From: an uncultured Chloroflexia bacterium
GTDB lineage: Bacteria; Chloroflexota; Anaerolineae; Anaerolineales; UBA4823
Length of the DNA: 64,000 nucleotides
NCBI GenBank assembly: GCA_963705155.1
Contig: CAVPJC010000001.1
Span: 431,088-495,087, forward strand
Reading direction: 5' to 3'
The position numbers and the translations under genes were made by a program. Positions 62,394 to 64,000 of the stretch are shown piece by piece (positions within the stretch are counted from its first letter, which is position 1; each line of letters starts with the position of its first letter). The notes under the pieces are model-generated. The model ran no database searches. It saw only the letters and a program-made list of their open reading frames with translations, and had not been told where the DNA came from.

Positions 62394-63581
62394 ATGGATA
62401 CGAACCAGGCCTCCCAACTGCTCAGCGATCTTGTTGCTATCAATTCGATCAACCCCGACCTGACGCCCGGCGCACCCGGCGAAGGCCAGATTGCCGCATA
62501 TATCGCCGCATGGCTCGAAAAGGCCGGGCTGGAAGTGCACCTGCAGGAAGTTGCGCCGGGACGCCCGAATGTGACCGGCATCGCCCGCGGCACGGGCGGC
62601 GGCAGAACGCTGCTGCTCAACGGGCACATCGACACCGTGGGCGTGGCGGGCATGCCCGATGGGCACCGGCCCGCCATCCGGGGTGGGCGCCTGTACGGGC
62701 GCGGAGCTTACGATATGAAAGGCGGCGTGGCGGCCTGCATGCTGGCGGCTGCTGCGGCAAAACGGGCCGGGCTGCGCGGCGACGTGATCTTCACGGGGGT
62801 GGTGGACGAGGAATACGCCGGGCTGGGCAGCACGGCGGTGGCGCGCCGCTACCATGCCGATGGCGCCATCATCGCCGAGCCGACCGAGCTGCGCCTGGTC
62901 ATCGCCCACCGTGGTTTTGTCTGGCTGGAGGTGGAAACCATCGGCGTGGCGGCGCACGGTTCCTTGCCGCATCTGGGCGTGGATGCCATCGCCAAAATGG
63001 GCGGCGTGCTGACCGCCGTCGAGCAGCTTGACCGGGATTTGCGCGCCAACCCAACGCACCCGCTGCTGGGCAGCGGCTCGCTGCATGCCGCCCTGATCAG
63101 CGGCGGGCAGGAGCTTTCCAGCTACCCGGAGCGCTGCCTGCTCTCGGTGGAGCGGCGCACCCTGCCCGGTGAAACCTCCGAGATGGTCGAAGCCGAGCTG
63201 CAGCAGATTGTGGATCGCCTGCAAGCCGCCGACCCGGCCTTCAAGGCGGTGGTGCGGCGTGGCATCGAGCGCGCCCCGCTGGAAACCCCGCCAGACGCCG
63301 GGGTGGTGCAGGCGGTGCGCTCCGCCGCGCATGGCGTGCTCAAGCGCCTGCCCGAGACGGCCGGAGTGCCCTACTGGACGGACGCCGCCACGCTGTGGGC
63401 TGCCGGCATCCCCACCCTGCTGTTCGGCCCGTCGGGAACTGGAGCGCATGCCGTGGAAGAGTGGGTGGATCTGGAAAGCGTTACTGCCTGTGCGGAAATT
63501 TACCTGGCGGCGGCGCAAGGTTTTGCGGTTTGTGAGTATAATACCCGGCATGACCACTCCCATCATCGAATGCATCCCTAA
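62394..63581 (+). CDS. M20-family metallopeptidase / ArgE-DapE-like deacylase
   Basis: Start chosen at MDTNQ (ATG 62394, AGGAG upstream). LLLNGHIDTVG, GRGAYDMKGG and GVVDEEYAGLG are M20 metal-ligand motifs. The last ~15 codons overlap the next gene and may be frame-shifted. Confidence 0.8.
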   Translation: MDTNQASQLLSDLVAINSINPDLTPGAPGEGQIAAYIAAWLEKAGLEVHLQEVAPGRPNVTGIARGTGGGRTLLLNGHIDTVGVAGMPDGHRPAIRGGRLYGRGAYDMKGGVAACMLAAAAAKRAGLRGDVIFTGVVDEEYAGLGSTAVARRYHADGAIIAEPTELRLVIAHRGFVWLEVETIGVAAHGSLPHLGVDAIAKMGGVLTAVEQLDRDLRANPTHPLLGSGSLHAALISGGQELSSYPERCLLSVERRTLPGETSEMVEAELQQIVDRLQAADPAFKAVVRRGIERAPLETPPDAGVVQAVRSAAHGVLKRLPETAGVPYWTDAATLWAAGIPTLLFGPSGTGAHAVEEWVDLESVTACAEIYLAAAQGFAVCEYNTRHDHSHHRMHP

Positions 63582-64000
63582 TTTTTCAGACGCCCGCCGG
63601 CCCGAAGTGATTGATGCCATCCTGGCGGCGATCGCCGCTGTGCCCGGAAGTGCACGTCCTGGACCGCCACTCCGACCTGGATCACAACCGCACCGTGATC
63701 ACCTTTGTCGGCCCGCCGCAGGCAGTGGAAGAAGCAGCCTTCCGCGCCATCCGCAAAGCGCGCAACTGATCAACCTGGACCAGCACACGGGCGAGCACCC
63801 GCGCATCGGCGCCACCGATGTGGTGCCCTTTGTGCCCATCCGCGGCGTCACCATGCAGGAATGCGTGGAGATGGCCCGCCGCCTGGGCAACCGTGTGGGG
63901 AGCGAGTTGAACATCCCGGTTTACCTGTATGAAGAAGCCGCCACCCGCCCCGAGCGGGCAAACCTGGAAAACATCCGCCGCGGCCAGTACGAAGCGCTGA
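63550..64000 (+). pseudogene. Glutamate formimidoyltransferase (FtcD N-terminal domain type), 5' part, two frameshifts; continues past the window
   Basis: MTTPIIECIPNFSDARRPEVIDAILAAIAAVPG | VHVLDRHSDLDHNRTVITFVGPPQAVEEAAFRAIRKA | QLINLDQHTGEHPRIGATDVVPFVPIRGVTMQECVEMARRLG... is read across three frames, with junctions near 63645 and 63766. No piece reaches the track's size cut-off. Confidence 0.8.

Overview
High-GC bacterial chromosomal window. The gene content (multihaem cytochromes, a giant GT39-type glycosyltransferase, lipobox proteins, an ECF transporter) suggests a Chloroflexota/Anaerolineae-like genome, but that is inference only. Housekeeping genes recognised: trmD (3' end), glgC, tRNA-Leu(CAA), ychF, pepF, folB, rpsA, clpC and ppc. 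Four parts stand out. (1) 13.8-21.4 kb is a divergent locus around a LysR regulator. One arm encodes a 12-haem lipoprotein and a four-domain rhodanese lipoprotein. The other encodes an octahaem cytochrome plus NrfC/NrfD-type quinol-module genes, with no molybdopterin subunit. This is my best candidate for an undescribed system. (2) 25.4-35.6 kb is a ten-gene, single-strand nucleoside-type locus: LacI, MFS, ECF S/T/AA', one PunA-type and three Udp/DeoD-type phosphorylases, and a UbiD-family decarboxylase. It is riddled with frame breaks. (3) 46.8-53.9 kb is a mobile-DNA patch inserted next to ppc. An IS1182-family element sits inside an IS256-family element, which sits inside a small membrane-protein gene, and both target-site duplications are readable. 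The patch also holds an IS4/IS701-type element, three AT-rich small membrane-protein genes, and four copies of a ~160-200 bp MITE-like repeat with a perfect 16-bp hairpin. (4) By hand I count roughly 40-50 reading-frame breaks in the window. Most junctions I inspected closely lie at short G/C/T runs. The breaks are strongly clustered by region, so I cannot separate sequencing error from real gene decay. Many track ORFs are antisense shadows of GC-rich genes and are not reported. No similarity or profile searches could be run, so all family calls rest on motifs read from the translations.
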